DNA of 64,000 nucleotides from Kofleriaceae bacterium (GTDB lineage Bacteria; Myxococcota_A; Polyangia; Haliangiales; Haliangiaceae): NCBI GenBank assembly GCA_020633495.1, contig JACKDR010000001.1, positions 502,105 to 566,104 of the forward strand, read 5' to 3'. Shown piece by piece: positions 45,242 to 54,830 of this stretch (position 1 is its first letter; each line of letters starts with the position of its first letter). The notes under the pieces were generated by a model. It saw only the letters and a program-made list of their open reading frames with translations, ran no database searches and was not told where the DNA came from. The position numbers and the translations under genes were made by a program.

Positions 45242-46950
45242 CTAGATCGCCGATCGGTTCGTTCGGTCAGTAATCCCGCAGGGATGCAGCAGGGGATCGA
45301 CACCGATCTGCCGTCGTGATCTCGTCGATGGATGGCGATCACGCGATGGACCCCGCCCGAGGAACTGAGCCGGCAGGAGGAGATGCTCCTCAAGCGCCTC
45401 GACCGAGTTCGGAAGCTGCTCGGCTTCCTTCGGCTGCAGCGGCGCGTGCTCTTCAACGACGAGTTCCAGGCGGAGCTCGAGAGCATGTATCGAGACACCG
45501 GTGCCGGAAGGGACCCGGTGCCGCCCGCGCTGATGGCGATGGCGGCGTTCGTCCAGGCCTATCTCGGCGTGTCCGACGCAGAGATGGTCGAGCTCACCCT
45601 CGTCGATCTGCGGGTGCAGATGGTGCTCGGCTGCCTCGGAGCGACGAAGCCGGCGTTCTCGCAGGGCGCGCTGGTCGATTTCCGGGATCGGCTGATCCGA
45701 TGCGACATGGATCGGCGGCTCCTCGAGCGCACCGTCGAGCTGGCGCGCGAGACCGGCGGCTTCGACTGGCGCAAGCTGCCTCGCTCGCTGCGCGTGGCGG
45801 TGGATTCCAGCCCTTTTGAGGGAGCGGGCCGCGTGGAGGACACGTTCAATCTGCTCGGGCACGCGGCCCGCAAACTGGTCGTCTGCGCCGCGCGGCTCCT
45901 GCGCTGGCGTCCGACCACCGTCGCCGAGCGGGCAGGCACCGAGGTGCTGTTGATGCCGAGCATCAAGGCTGCGCTCGACGTCGACTGGGCAGATCCTGAA
46001 GCGAAGGCGAGTGCTTTGAAGCTCCTCGTGAACCAGCTCGACGAGCTGGAGCGATGGGTCGAGCAACACGTGCCTGCGAAGGCGCGCGCCGACGTCGAGC
46101 CGCATCTCGCGACGCTTCGACAGATCCGAGCGCAGGACATCGAGGACACGGCGAAGGGGCCCCGGATCCGCGACGGCGTGGCGAATGATCGCCGGATCTC
46201 GATCGAGGACGCCGAGATGCGGCATGGCCGCAAGAGCAGCAGCTACGCCTTCAACGGCTACAAGCGCCACATCGCGACGGACCTCGACGCCGGTCTGATC
46301 GTCGCCGTTGCGCTCACGCCGGCCAATCTCCCCGAGCAGACAGCGATGCCGGTGCTCCAAGACGACTTCGACCACCAGCGAATCGAGGTGAGCGAACTCT
46401 ACATCGACCGCGGCTACATCGCGAGCGACTTCGTCGAGCACGTCGTCGCGAACAAGGGCGAGGTGATCTGCCGACCCTGGCAGTTCTCCAATCGGGGCCT
46501 CTTCGCGAAGTCTGACTTCGACATCAACATTCGGAACCGGACCATCACATGCCCGGCGGGGCAGACGCAGCGGTTCATCTTCGGCGGACTCGTCAGCTTC
46601 GGTTCGAAAACCTGCCGGGCGTGTCCATCGCGCAGCCAGTGCACAACCGGGACAACCCGCGGCCGACAGGTCCGGATTGCCGACGACGAGGCGCTCCAGC
46701 AGCGGCTCCGCAACCTCGTCTCGACCCCGCGAGGTCGAGCTCGACTACGTCAGCGTGTTCCCGTCGAGCATCGCCTTGCCCACATCGCCAGCCGCCAGGG
46801 CGACCGAGCGCGCTACCGCGGCGTTCGCAAGAATACGCTCGACCTCCGCCGCGCCGCAGCGCTGCAGAATCTCGAGGCGGCTCATCGGCAGGCGCGGGAA
46901 GCCGCATCAACAGCCGAACAGAAGGCCGCCTAAACTGTTCGGCGATCTAG
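45242..46950. mobile_element. second IS5-superfamily insertion sequence, 1709 bp, abutting the first, also flanked by CTAG
   Basis: Ends CTAGATCGCCGATCGGTT / AACTGTTCGGCGATCTAG (12-bp perfect inverted termini including CTAG). CTAG at 45242-45245 and 46947-46950. Confidence 0.7.
45332..46933 (+). CDS. IS4/IS5-superfamily DDE transposase
   Basis: 533 aa. DUF772-like block (PPALMAMAAFVQAYLGVSDAEMVELTLVDLRVQMVLG...FRDRL). DDE core (VDSSPFEG..., ...RHGRKSSSYAFNGYKRHIATD..., ...YIDRGYIASD). Confidence 0.85.
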   Translation: MAITRWTPPEELSRQEEMLLKRLDRVRKLLGFLRLQRRVLFNDEFQAELESMYRDTGAGRDPVPPALMAMAAFVQAYLGVSDAEMVELTLVDLRVQMVLGCLGATKPAFSQGALVDFRDRLIRCDMDRRLLERTVELARETGGFDWRKLPRSLRVAVDSSPFEGAGRVEDTFNLLGHAARKLVVCAARLLRWRPTTVAERAGTEVLLMPSIKAALDVDWADPEAKASALKLLVNQLDELERWVEQHVPAKARADVEPHLATLRQIRAQDIEDTAKGPRIRDGVANDRRISIEDAEMRHGRKSSSYAFNGYKRHIATDLDAGLIVAVALTPANLPEQTAMPVLQDDFDHQRIEVSELYIDRGYIASDFVEHVVANKGEVICRPWQFSNRGLFAKSDFDINIRNRTITCPAGQTQRFIFGGLVSFGSKTCRACPSRSQCTTGTTRGRQVRIADDEALQQRLRNLVSTPRGRARLRQRVPVEHRLAHIASRQGDRARYRGVRKNTLDLRRAAALQNLEAAHRQAREAASTAEQKAA

Positions 46951-47039
46951 CTCGCTGGCCGCCGCGATCGGGGCCCGATCCCGGCGGATTTTCGCGACGC
47001 GCGGCCGCCGCCGGGCCCGGCGGCCCGTATCGTCGCCGC

Positions 47040-47639
47040 ATGACGTCCTTGCCCCGCGCCGTGCGGCGCCTCGTCGGTCCGTCGCTGGCCGCGTTCCTGC
47101 TGACCGCCTGCGGCAGCAAGCCGCCGGCCCCGGCCGCCCCTACCGCCCTGGCGCCCGCCGAGGCCGACTTCGTCGCCAAGGTCGAGGCGATCCAGCAGCG
47201 GATCTGCCAGTGCAAGGATCCGGCGTGCAACGTCGAGGCGTGGCAGGCCGTGACCGAGCTGCTCAAGGCCGACGCGTCGCAGATCGCCCTGGGCGACGGC
47301 GGAGCGGCGCGCACCGGTCGGGCCTTCCTCGCCGGCCTGCAGTGCGGTCAGGCCCAGGAGGCCGCCAAGCGCGACGCCACGTCACGGGCGCTGACCGAGC
47401 TGACCGAGCTGCGCGATCGGGCCTGCGCCTGCACGGACGTCGCGTGCGCCGACGCGATCGACACGTCGTTCGAGGCCTTCATGAAGCGCCACCAGGACAC
47501 GACGGGCGACGAGGACAGCGTCCAGCTCGCCGGCCGGCTGGCGGGCGAGATGATGGGGTGCCTGGCGACCGTGCGCGGCCAACCCTGGCCACCGCCCGGC
47601 GACGGCGACGACGACGCCAAGCCGCCGCTCGAGGACTGA
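47040..47639 (+). CDS. Cys-rich lipoprotein, paralog family member L9 (downstream of the IS pair)
   Basis: Lipobox LLTACG. RICQCKDPAC, GDGGAARTGRAFLAGLQC, LRDRACACTDVAC. Confidence 0.7.
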   Translation: MTSLPRAVRRLVGPSLAAFLLTACGSKPPAPAAPTALAPAEADFVAKVEAIQQRICQCKDPACNVEAWQAVTELLKADASQIALGDGGAARTGRAFLAGLQCGQAQEAAKRDATSRALTELTELRDRACACTDVACADAIDTSFEAFMKRHQDTTGDEDSVQLAGRLAGEMMGCLATVRGQPWPPPGDGDDDAKPPLED

Positions 47640-47664
47640 CCCCGGCGGCGGCGCGGCGCGGCGG

Positions 47665-49419
47665 CTAGAACTTGGCCTGGAAGGTCAGGTTGAAGCCGAG
47701 CTGGTTGAGCTCGCCGAACTCGTACTGGAACGTGTCCTCGGGGCCGGACCGGGTCAGCCGGGTCTGGTTGCCGTCGTACGCGTAGTAGATGTCGAGCAGC
47801 GCGGCGTAGATGTCGCCGAAGTCGAGCTGGCCCGACAGCTTGGTGGCGATCTGCGGCACCGCGCTCTCGCCCTGCGGCAGGACGGTGATGATGGTCTGGG
47901 CGCCGTTGTTGCGGATGACCGCGGTCGACTCGCCCATCTGGCCGGTCTCGCCGGGCAGGCCGGTCGGCGAGGTCAGGGTCGCCGGCTGCTCGAGGCCGAT
48001 GACGATGCCCAGGGTCAGGCGGTCGTCGAAGTTCTTGTCGGCGCCGACCGCGGCGAAGTAGTTGGGCTTGATCTTGTAGGCCGCCGGGAAGTCCGAGTAG
48101 GTCGGCAGCGACGGCACCGAGTGCAGGATGAACGCGAGGTCGCGGTACTGCAGGTCGAAGCGGAGCCGGATCCGGTCGATCATCGCGCGGATGTTGACGT
48201 CGCCGGCGGCGCCCCACTGGATCTTGGTCGACCCCGACATCTCGGGATCCTTCAGGGTCTGGCCGAGCAGCGTGGCCTCGGCCATCGCCAGCCACTGGGT
48301 GCCGCCCGGGTACTTGGCCTTCTGGAACAGGCGGCCGATGCGCTCGGGGTCGTTCTTGTAGAGCTTGTAGTCGATCGACGACTGGACCGGCATGCCCTCG
48401 TGGACCGCGACCTGGGCCGACGCGCCGAACAGCTGGACGTTCTCGGTGTTGACGTCCTCGAGCTCGTTGCCGCCGCGGTTGAAGTAGCCGCCGTTGAACT
48501 CGACGCGCAGGTTGGGCGCGACGTCGTAGCCGGCGCCGCCGAGGAAGCCCAGCACCGCCTTCTGCTCGGCGGTGGCGGGGTCGAGGACGACCGCCGACTT
48601 GGCGCCGACGAACGCGTAGGCCTTGTCGGCGTCGACCTGCAGCTTGACGCCCGGCACCGACGAGGTGGTGCGCCGGTACTCGTCGCTGCCGCCCCACGAC
48701 AGCCGGTAGCTGTAGCCGAGGCGGAACCGGTCCGCCGAGATCGGGAACGCGGTGAACGAGACGCGGGTCGGATCCTTGTGCTCGGGATCCTTCCACCACG
48801 ACGCCAGGATGTACGAGCCGGCGTCGGAGAAGTCGATCCGCCGCTCCGAGATCTCGTTGAGGCGCATCACGAACGCGCCCTCGACCTCGAGGTGATCCTT
48901 GCGGTAGTTGCGGTACATGACCGCGGTCGACAGGGTCTCGTAGCCCGAGAACCGGGTGTCGTAGTTGTCGAAGAACAGCGTGCCCAGCGAGTTGGGGCGG
49001 CCGAAGCGCCAGCCCGGCACGCTGGGGATGGTCTCGCCCGGCGCGACCAGCACGTTCTCGTTGGTGAGCGTGAGGTTGAGGCGGACGTCCATGAAGCCGC
49101 TGTCGCCGGACAGGTAGTCCTCGGCGGCGGCGTCGTCGGGCGGCGCCTCGGCGTCGGCCGGCGCGGGCGCCTCGGCGGCGGGCGCCTCGGCGGCGGCGCG
49201 GGCGCGCTCCTCGGCGAGGGCCTGGGCGACCGCGGCGTCGACCATGGCCTGGACCTCGTCGGCGGTCGGGCCCGCGGCGGGCGGCGGCAGCGCGTCGCCG
49301 GCGTCGCCGGGCGGCGGCGGCGCCGGGGTCGGCGTCGGCTGGGCGTGGGCGGTGAGGGTGGCGCCGCTGAACGCGAGCGCCGCGGCGGTGGCGGTGGCGA
49401 GGGTGCGGATGGCGGACAC
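47665..49419 (-). CDS. outer-membrane beta-barrel protein
   Basis: Signal peptide ending AHAQ. Ala/Pro-rich linker. Long amphipathic beta-strand region. C-terminal LTFQAKF with a terminal Phe. Alternative start is GTG 49440, which overlaps the upstream gene. Confidence 0.7.
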   Translation of the reverse strand: MSAIRTLATATAAALAFSGATLTAHAQPTPTPAPPPPGDAGDALPPPAAGPTADEVQAMVDAAVAQALAEERARAAAEAPAAEAPAPADAEAPPDDAAAEDYLSGDSGFMDVRLNLTLTNENVLVAPGETIPSVPGWRFGRPNSLGTLFFDNYDTRFSGYETLSTAVMYRNYRKDHLEVEGAFVMRLNEISERRIDFSDAGSYILASWWKDPEHKDPTRVSFTAFPISADRFRLGYSYRLSWGGSDEYRRTTSSVPGVKLQVDADKAYAFVGAKSAVVLDPATAEQKAVLGFLGGAGYDVAPNLRVEFNGGYFNRGGNELEDVNTENVQLFGASAQVAVHEGMPVQSSIDYKLYKNDPERIGRLFQKAKYPGGTQWLAMAEATLLGQTLKDPEMSGSTKIQWGAAGDVNIRAMIDRIRLRFDLQYRDLAFILHSVPSLPTYSDFPAAYKIKPNYFAAVGADKNFDDRLTLGIVIGLEQPATLTSPTGLPGETGQMGESTAVIRNNGAQTIITVLPQGESAVPQIATKLSGQLDFGDIYAALLDIYYAYDGNQTRLTRSGPEDTFQYEFGELNQLGFNLTFQAKF

Positions 49420-49436
49420 GGGCTTCTCCGGGGCGA

Positions 49437-50606
49437 TCACGGCAAGGTCAGGTCGGGCGCCGACCGCGGGTAGATGATCCAGACGTTGAAGCTGCCGATG
49501 TTGACCGGGCGCAGCGTGCCGACCACCTTGGGGATGGTCTGGCCGACGTAATCAGCCGGCTCGAAGTCGATGACCCCGGCGGTGATGACGTTGATGGCGG
49601 CGCCGCAGCCACGACCGATGTCGAGCTTCCACTGCTTGTAGGTGGCGTAGTCGTTGTCGAGGTCGCAGAGCACGGCGTCGTCGATCTCGACCAGGCCGGA
49701 CTCGCGGCGCTCGAACTCGATGACGTCGGTGAGCCAGCTCTCCTGGACCACCGCGGGCGGCGGGATCCGGGCCTCGTCGACGGTGATCGGGTCCTCGGAG
49801 ACGAAGCTCTGCGGGAACCCGATCTCGGTGAGGCCGTTGAACTCCTCGACCGCGCCGGCGAAGCCGTCGATGAACTGGCCGGCGGTGATGTTGCGGCCCT
49901 GCTCGTCCTTGGGGCGGCTGAAGCTGTAGATCAGGACGTGGTCGTAGTCGCCGGTCGTGCACGGCGGCGTGCCGTCGGCGTCGGCGCACTCGACGTCGGA
50001 CACGGTGTAGCCCTGGGCGTAGACGCCGGTGACCACGATCCGACCGTTGGCGCCGTAGCGCGAGCCGTCGACCGTGACCTGCTTGGACTCCAGCGGCGAC
50101 GCCGACAGCGCGTCGAGCGCGGCCTCGTCGTCGGGGGTCGAGATGTCGGCCAGGTACGGGTCGCGGTACCACAGCGTCGGCGACGTGCCGGTGGCGTAGG
50201 TGGCGCCGTCGCGGCTGCCGTCCTCGACCCACATGAACGTGGGGCCGAACACCGGCGGCAGGTCGACCGCGGCGACCGCCGACTCGCCGGCGGTCATCGG
50301 GATCGTCGCCAGCGGCCGCCGCCCCAGCTCCGGGGTCAGGCTGCCCAGGAACTGGACGTAGACGTCGACGTCGCCGGTGAAGCTGGTGTCGAGCTGGCCC
50401 TGCTCGTCGAGGGCCTGGACCCGCAGCGACACCGACAGGGCGTCGTCGGGCAGGCGCTGGTCGACCGAGCCGGGGTCGGCCGGGCTGACCAGCTCGACCT
50501 TCAGCGACTGGGTGCCCTCGATGCCGGGCAGCTGATCGGTGCAGCCCGCGAGGGCGAGCGCGCCCAGGCCGGCCATGACGACGCGGAGGTTGGCGGGATG
50601 GCTCAC
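49437..50606 (-). CDS. hypothetical lipoprotein (operon partner of the outer-membrane barrel)
   Basis: GTG start giving [26 protein letters not shown] overlap with the upstream 5'-nucleotidase stop. Confidence 0.65.
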   Translation of the reverse strand: MSHPANLRVVMAGLGALALAGCTDQLPGIEGTQSLKVELVSPADPGSVDQRLPDDALSVSLRVQALDEQGQLDTSFTGDVDVYVQFLGSLTPELGRRPLATIPMTAGESAVAAVDLPPVFGPTFMWVEDGSRDGATYATGTSPTLWYRDPYLADISTPDDEAALDALSASPLESKQVTVDGSRYGANGRIVVTGVYAQGYTVSDVECADADGTPPCTTGDYDHVLIYSFSRPKDEQGRNITAGQFIDGFAGAVEEFNGLTEIGFPQSFVSEDPITVDEARIPPPAVVQESWLTDVIEFERRESGLVEIDDAVLCDLDNDYATYKQWKLDIGRGCGAAINVITAGVIDFEPADYVGQTIPKVVGTLRPVNIGSFNVWIIYPRSAPDLTLP

Positions 50607-52474
50607 TCGAACACCGGGCGGATGCGGCCGTCGTGGGCTTCGACGGTCTCGTCCAGGCATGACACCGAGCCCCACCGCTGCTGCACGGTCTGCTGGTCGG
50701 CGGTGTCGGTGAAGTCGACGACGTCGGGGCCGCACGCCTGCTGCTGGCGCAGGAACACGGTCAGGGCGTCGCGCAGCGACACGCCGGTGTCCTGCTTGGA
50801 GGTGTTGCGCTTGAGGACGTCAAAGCCGGAGCCGCCCTTGGCGATGTAGTCGTTGACCGCGACCCGGTACAGGCCGGTGGGCACGACCGGGCGGCAGCGC
50901 GCCGGATCGATGGGGCCGTCGGGGTTGCCACCGCGGCAGTCCTCGCCGAGGTAGACGTCGCGCGCGCACGCGGTGGGGACGTAGTCGTCGGTGGGGTCGG
51001 GGTCGGGGCAGGCGCCGCGGCACACCATGTCGAACCAGATGCCGGCGACCTGGGCCTGGGTGCGGCAGCCGCGCTCCGACGACTTGCGGGCCACGAAGTC
51101 CAGGGTCTCCTGGATCTCCTGGCCCGACAGGTACATCACCGTGATCGAGTTCTCGAACGGGAAGACGTTGAACATCTGCTCGACGGTCAGCGGGCCGCGC
51201 TCGAAGTCGGCGCGGATGCCGAGCGAGTTGGTCAGCGCGAACTCGGCCTCGACGCCGGGCCGGGTCTGCATCGACCGCGCGACCAGGTTGCCGAGCTGCG
51301 AGTCGCCGCCCGACAGGTCGTTGCGGATGATCTTGCTCGACGCCGTGTTGACGAACGAGAAGACGCCGTCGAGGTTGATCTCGCGGTTGATCGCGACCGA
51401 GTACGGCCACAGGAGCTCGGCGACGTCGGGATCGTCGGGGATCGTCGAGTCGACCGGGATGTTGTCGTAGGCGAACGCGGTGATGCGGCTGCGCCGCTCG
51501 GGATCGCTGTTGTCGTCGCCGACGTGGACCACCAGGTCGAGGCGGCCGACGTACTTCGCGAACGCGCCGGAGTGGACCAGGATCGTGTTGTGACCCTTGT
51601 CGTCGTTGGGCAGGATCTTGGGCGGGTTGGTGACGATGTGGAGGTGGCCGCCCAGGATCAGGTCGATGCCGGCCAGCGGCAGGGTCTCGTTCTCGTCGGT
51701 GACCTGGCTGGCGGTCAGGCCCTCGTCCTCGTCGAGGCCGAGGTGCGACACGACGATCAGCACGTCGACCGACGGCCGCAGCAGCCGGACGTACTGCTCG
51801 ACCACCTGGCGGTCGTCGAGCGGCCGCAGCCCCAGCGAGTTGCCGCCCTCGAAGATGCCGGTCATCGACGACCAGTTGGCCATGCCGATGACGCCGATCT
51901 TGAGGCCCTCGACGTCGTAGATCGCGTACGGCTCGGTGACGTCCTTGAGCGACCGGGCGTCGGGGTTGGGCGGATCCTCGAAGACGTAGTTGGCGGCCAG
52001 CAGGTCGTACTGGGCCCAGTTGTCGATCTGCTCGAACAGGTTGGTCGAGCCGAGGTCGAACTCGTGGTTGCCGATGACCGCGCCGTCGAGGCCGGCCTCG
52101 GACAGGGCGCGCATCTCGGCCTCGCCCTTGAACATGTTGAAGACCGGCGCGCCCTGGAAGCAGTCGCCGGAGTCCAGCCACAGGCTGCGGCCCGAGGTGG
52201 CCCGGATGTCCTTGACCAGGGTCGCGATGCGGGCGATGCCGCCGAACGGGCCGTTGGCCGGGAGCAGGCCGTAGTCCTGGTCGAACCGGGTCGGCACGAA
52301 CTCGTACGGGAACAGCCGCGAGTGGATGTCCGACGTGTGGATGATGGTCAGGCGGATGTCCTGGCCACGCAGGTCAGGCTGGTCGCGCTGGACGGTGCAG
52401 GCGGCACCGGTGGCGCCCGCCACGAGGGCGGTGGCGACCAGGGCGAGCCGCCCATGGCGAGGGATCGCGGACAT
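50603..52474 (-). CDS. bifunctional metallophosphatase / 5'-nucleotidase (UshA-like), exported
   Basis: Metallophosphoesterase motifs (IIHTSDIHS, GDCFQG, GNHEFD, GGHLH) plus a C-terminal 5'-nucleotidase domain. Signal peptide ALVAGATGAAC. Confidence 0.85.
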   Translation of the reverse strand: MSAIPRHGRLALVATALVAGATGAACTVQRDQPDLRGQDIRLTIIHTSDIHSRLFPYEFVPTRFDQDYGLLPANGPFGGIARIATLVKDIRATSGRSLWLDSGDCFQGAPVFNMFKGEAEMRALSEAGLDGAVIGNHEFDLGSTNLFEQIDNWAQYDLLAANYVFEDPPNPDARSLKDVTEPYAIYDVEGLKIGVIGMANWSSMTGIFEGGNSLGLRPLDDRQVVEQYVRLLRPSVDVLIVVSHLGLDEDEGLTASQVTDENETLPLAGIDLILGGHLHIVTNPPKILPNDDKGHNTILVHSGAFAKYVGRLDLVVHVGDDNSDPERRSRITAFAYDNIPVDSTIPDDPDVAELLWPYSVAINREINLDGVFSFVNTASSKIIRNDLSGGDSQLGNLVARSMQTRPGVEAEFALTNSLGIRADFERGPLTVEQMFNVFPFENSITVMYLSGQEIQETLDFVARKSSERGCRTQAQVAGIWFDMVCRGACPDPDPTDDYVPTACARDVYLGEDCRGGNPDGPIDPARCRPVVPTGLYRVAVNDYIAKGGSGFDVLKRNTSKQDTGVSLRDALTVFLRQQQACGPDVVDFTDTADQQTVQQRWGSVSCLDETVEAHDGRIRPVFE

Positions 52475-52603
52475 CGGTGGCGCGGTATAGCCGCGGGCCC
52501 GGCCCGGGCGCAAGCCCGAAGGGCCTGACAACCCGTGACGATGCTGCGACGACTTGGCGCTGCGTCACGCCATCGCGCGGCCGCCGTGCTTCAATGCCGC
52601 CCG

Positions 52604-54022
52604 ATGCGCCGCGCCAAGATCGTCTGCACCCTGGGACCCGCGTCCTCCAGCCCCGAAAAGATCGGAGAGCTGATCGACGCCGGGATGGACGTCGTCCGCC
52701 TCAACTTCTCGCACGGGACCCACGCCGACCACACCAAGCTGATCACGACGGTCCGCGCCGAGGCCGAGCGCCGCGACCGGGCGGTCGCGGTCCTGCTGGA
52801 TCTGCAGGGCCCCAAGATCCGGGTCGGCAAGTTCGCCGAGGGCCAGGTCGAGCTCCACCCCGGGGCCGAGTTCGCGATCACCACCGACACCTCGGTGGTC
52901 GGCGACGTCCACCGGGTCTCGACCAGCTACACCGGGCTGATCCACGACGTCCGCCCCGGCGACCAGATCCTGCTCGATGACGGCTACCTGGCGCTGGCGG
53001 TCACCGAGGTCGGCGACAAGGAGGTCCGGACGATCGTCGTCGCCGGCGGCACCCTCAAGAACAACAAAGGCATCAACCTGCCCGGCGTCGAGGTCTCGGC
53101 GCCGGCGCTGTCCGAGAAGGACCGGGCCGACATCGGCTGGGGCCTGCAGATGGGCGTCGACTACGTCGCGCTGTCGTTCGTGCGCCGCCCCGAGGACGTC
53201 CTCGAGGCCAAGCACCTGCTGACCGCCGACGGCGTGCGGATCCCGGTGATCGCCAAGATCGAGAAGCCGCAGGCGGTCGACCGGCTCGACGACATCATCG
53301 CGGTCGCCGACGGGGTCATGGTCGCGCGCGGCGACCTCGGCGTCGAGATGGGCCCCGAGAAGGTGCCGATGATCCAGAAGCGACTGATCGAGCGCACCAA
53401 CCAGCTCGGCAAGATCGTCATCACCGCGACCCAGATGCTGGAGTCGATGATCCAGCAGCCGCGGCCGACCCGCGCCGAGGCCTCCGACGTCGCCAACGCG
53501 GTGCTCGACGGCACCGACGCGCTGATGCTGTCGGGCGAGACCGCGTCGGGCAAGCACCCGGTCGAGTCGGTCAAGACGATGGCGCGGATCATCCGCGAGA
53601 TCGAGAGCAGCGCCTACTACCGGCAGTACATCGAGCCGCCGCAGCAGCTCGACATGGCGGTGTCGGCCAACGCGATCGCCCACGCCGCGATGGTCGCGGC
53701 CCGGGCCATGAAGCTGCGCGCGATCGCGGTCGTCACCAACTCCGGCGGCGCCGCCCGGCTGCTCAGCGAGTACCGGCCCGAGGCCCGGATCGTCGCGCTG
53801 ACCAGCAACGAGGTCACCTACCGGCAGCTGGCGCTGGTGTGGGGCGTGACCCCGCTGATGATCACCCCGGCGGTCACCACCGACGAGCTGATCGACCAGG
53901 TCGAGCACGAGCTGTCGTCACGCGGCCTGGCCCGCAGCAACGATCACGTCGTCATCACGATGGGCGTGCCGGTCGGCAGCGGCGAGAGCACCAACCTGCT
54001 CAAGATCCATCAGATGCCGTAG
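52604..54022 (+). CDS. pyk: pyruvate kinase
   Basis: [15 protein letters not shown]...RLNFSHG...[10 protein letters not shown]...TQMLESM. Start ATG 52604 by codon count. Confidence 0.9.
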   Translation: MRRAKIVCTLGPASSSPEKIGELIDAGMDVVRLNFSHGTHADHTKLITTVRAEAERRDRAVAVLLDLQGPKIRVGKFAEGQVELHPGAEFAITTDTSVVGDVHRVSTSYTGLIHDVRPGDQILLDDGYLALAVTEVGDKEVRTIVVAGGTLKNNKGINLPGVEVSAPALSEKDRADIGWGLQMGVDYVALSFVRRPEDVLEAKHLLTADGVRIPVIAKIEKPQAVDRLDDIIAVADGVMVARGDLGVEMGPEKVPMIQKRLIERTNQLGKIVITATQMLESMIQQPRPTRAEASDVANAVLDGTDALMLSGETASGKHPVESVKTMARIIREIESSAYYRQYIEPPQQLDMAVSANAIAHAAMVAARAMKLRAIAVVTNSGGAARLLSEYRPEARIVALTSNEVTYRQLALVWGVTPLMITPAVTTDELIDQVEHELSSRGLARSNDHVVITMGVPVGSGESTNLLKIHQMP

Positions 54023-54824
54023 CCGGGTCGGCCGGGTCGGCCGGGTCGGCCGGGTCGGCCGGGTCCGCCGGGTCCGCCGCGCCGGCCGCCATCCAGGTCG
54101 ACGGCGCCAGCGTCGCCGCCTCGGCAAAGGCGGCGGCCGCGGCCGCGGGGTCGTCGGGCTCGACGCACTTGCCGACGTGCCAGCGGCAGGTCGCGCGCAC
54201 CGCCGGGCCGAGCCGCACGTCCTTGGCCAGCTGCTCGAACAGCTCGCGGGCCTCGGCGCGCTGGCCCTCGGCCAGCAGCACCCGGGCCAGCGCCTCCTTG
54301 CCGACGATCGCGGCGCCGGCGCCCGGCACGAAGCGCAGGACCGGCGCGACGTCGGCGTCGTAGATGCGGCGCGCCTCGGCGGCGTCGCCGGTGTGGCCGG
54401 CCAGCGCGACCCGCTGCGCCGCGTGCAAGAGCGACCAGGTCCGCCGGGTCCGGCCGCCCAGCTTGCCGAGGTCGACCCGGGCCAGGGCGCGGCGCGCCTC
54501 GTCCCACTCGCCGCGCAGCTGGTAGGCGATCGACACGTAGATGCGGAACGGCACCTTCGAGCGCTCGAGCAGGCGGCGATCGAGCTCCTTCTCGGCCAGG
54601 ACCATCAACTCGTCGGGCTCGCCGATCGAGGCCAGCCGGCTGGCGGCGGCGTGCAGGCGCAGCTCGCGGTACGCCAGCCACAGCGCGATCACGCCGGCCA
54701 GCATGAACAGCGTCAGCACCGCGACCCCGCGGCCCATCTCGCTGGTCGCGATCAGCACCAGGTAGGTGCTGATGAGGATCGCGGGCACCGCGTAGGTGTC
54801 GATGACGCGGAAGAAGCGGACCAT
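54000..54824 (-). CDS. hypothetical membrane protein with TPR-like region and (DPA)n tail
   Basis: Two N-terminal TM helices ([33 protein letters not shown]). Helical repeats. The 3' end overlaps pyk by 23 nt. Confidence 0.5.
   Translation of the reverse strand: MVRFFRVIDTYAVPAILISTYLVLIATSEMGRGVAVLTLFMLAGVIALWLAYRELRLHAAASRLASIGEPDELMVLAEKELDRRLLERSKVPFRIYVSIAYQLRGEWDEARRALARVDLGKLGGRTRRTWSLLHAAQRVALAGHTGDAAEARRIYDADVAPVLRFVPGAGAAIVGKEALARVLLAEGQRAEARELFEQLAKDVRLGPAVRATCRWHVGKCVEPDDPAAAAAAFAEAATLAPSTWMAAGAADPADPADPADPADPADPATASDGS
54023..54075. repeat. 10-bp tandem repeat CGGGTCGGCC x about 5 (encodes (DPA)n on the minus strand)
   Basis: Read directly. Immediately 3' of the pyk stop. Forms the C-terminal tail of the convergent membrane-protein ORF. 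Confidence 0.8.
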
Positions 54825-54830
54825 CGTCGG

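Noticed and set aside
34657-47639. Cys-rich lipoproteins as SitA-type polymorphic OME toxins or a toxin-immunity array
   Set aside because: The proteins are only 200-320 aa and have no nuclease or toxin-like C-terminal domain. There is no alternating immunity gene pattern. The similarity is among the lipoproteins themselves, in modules A and B.
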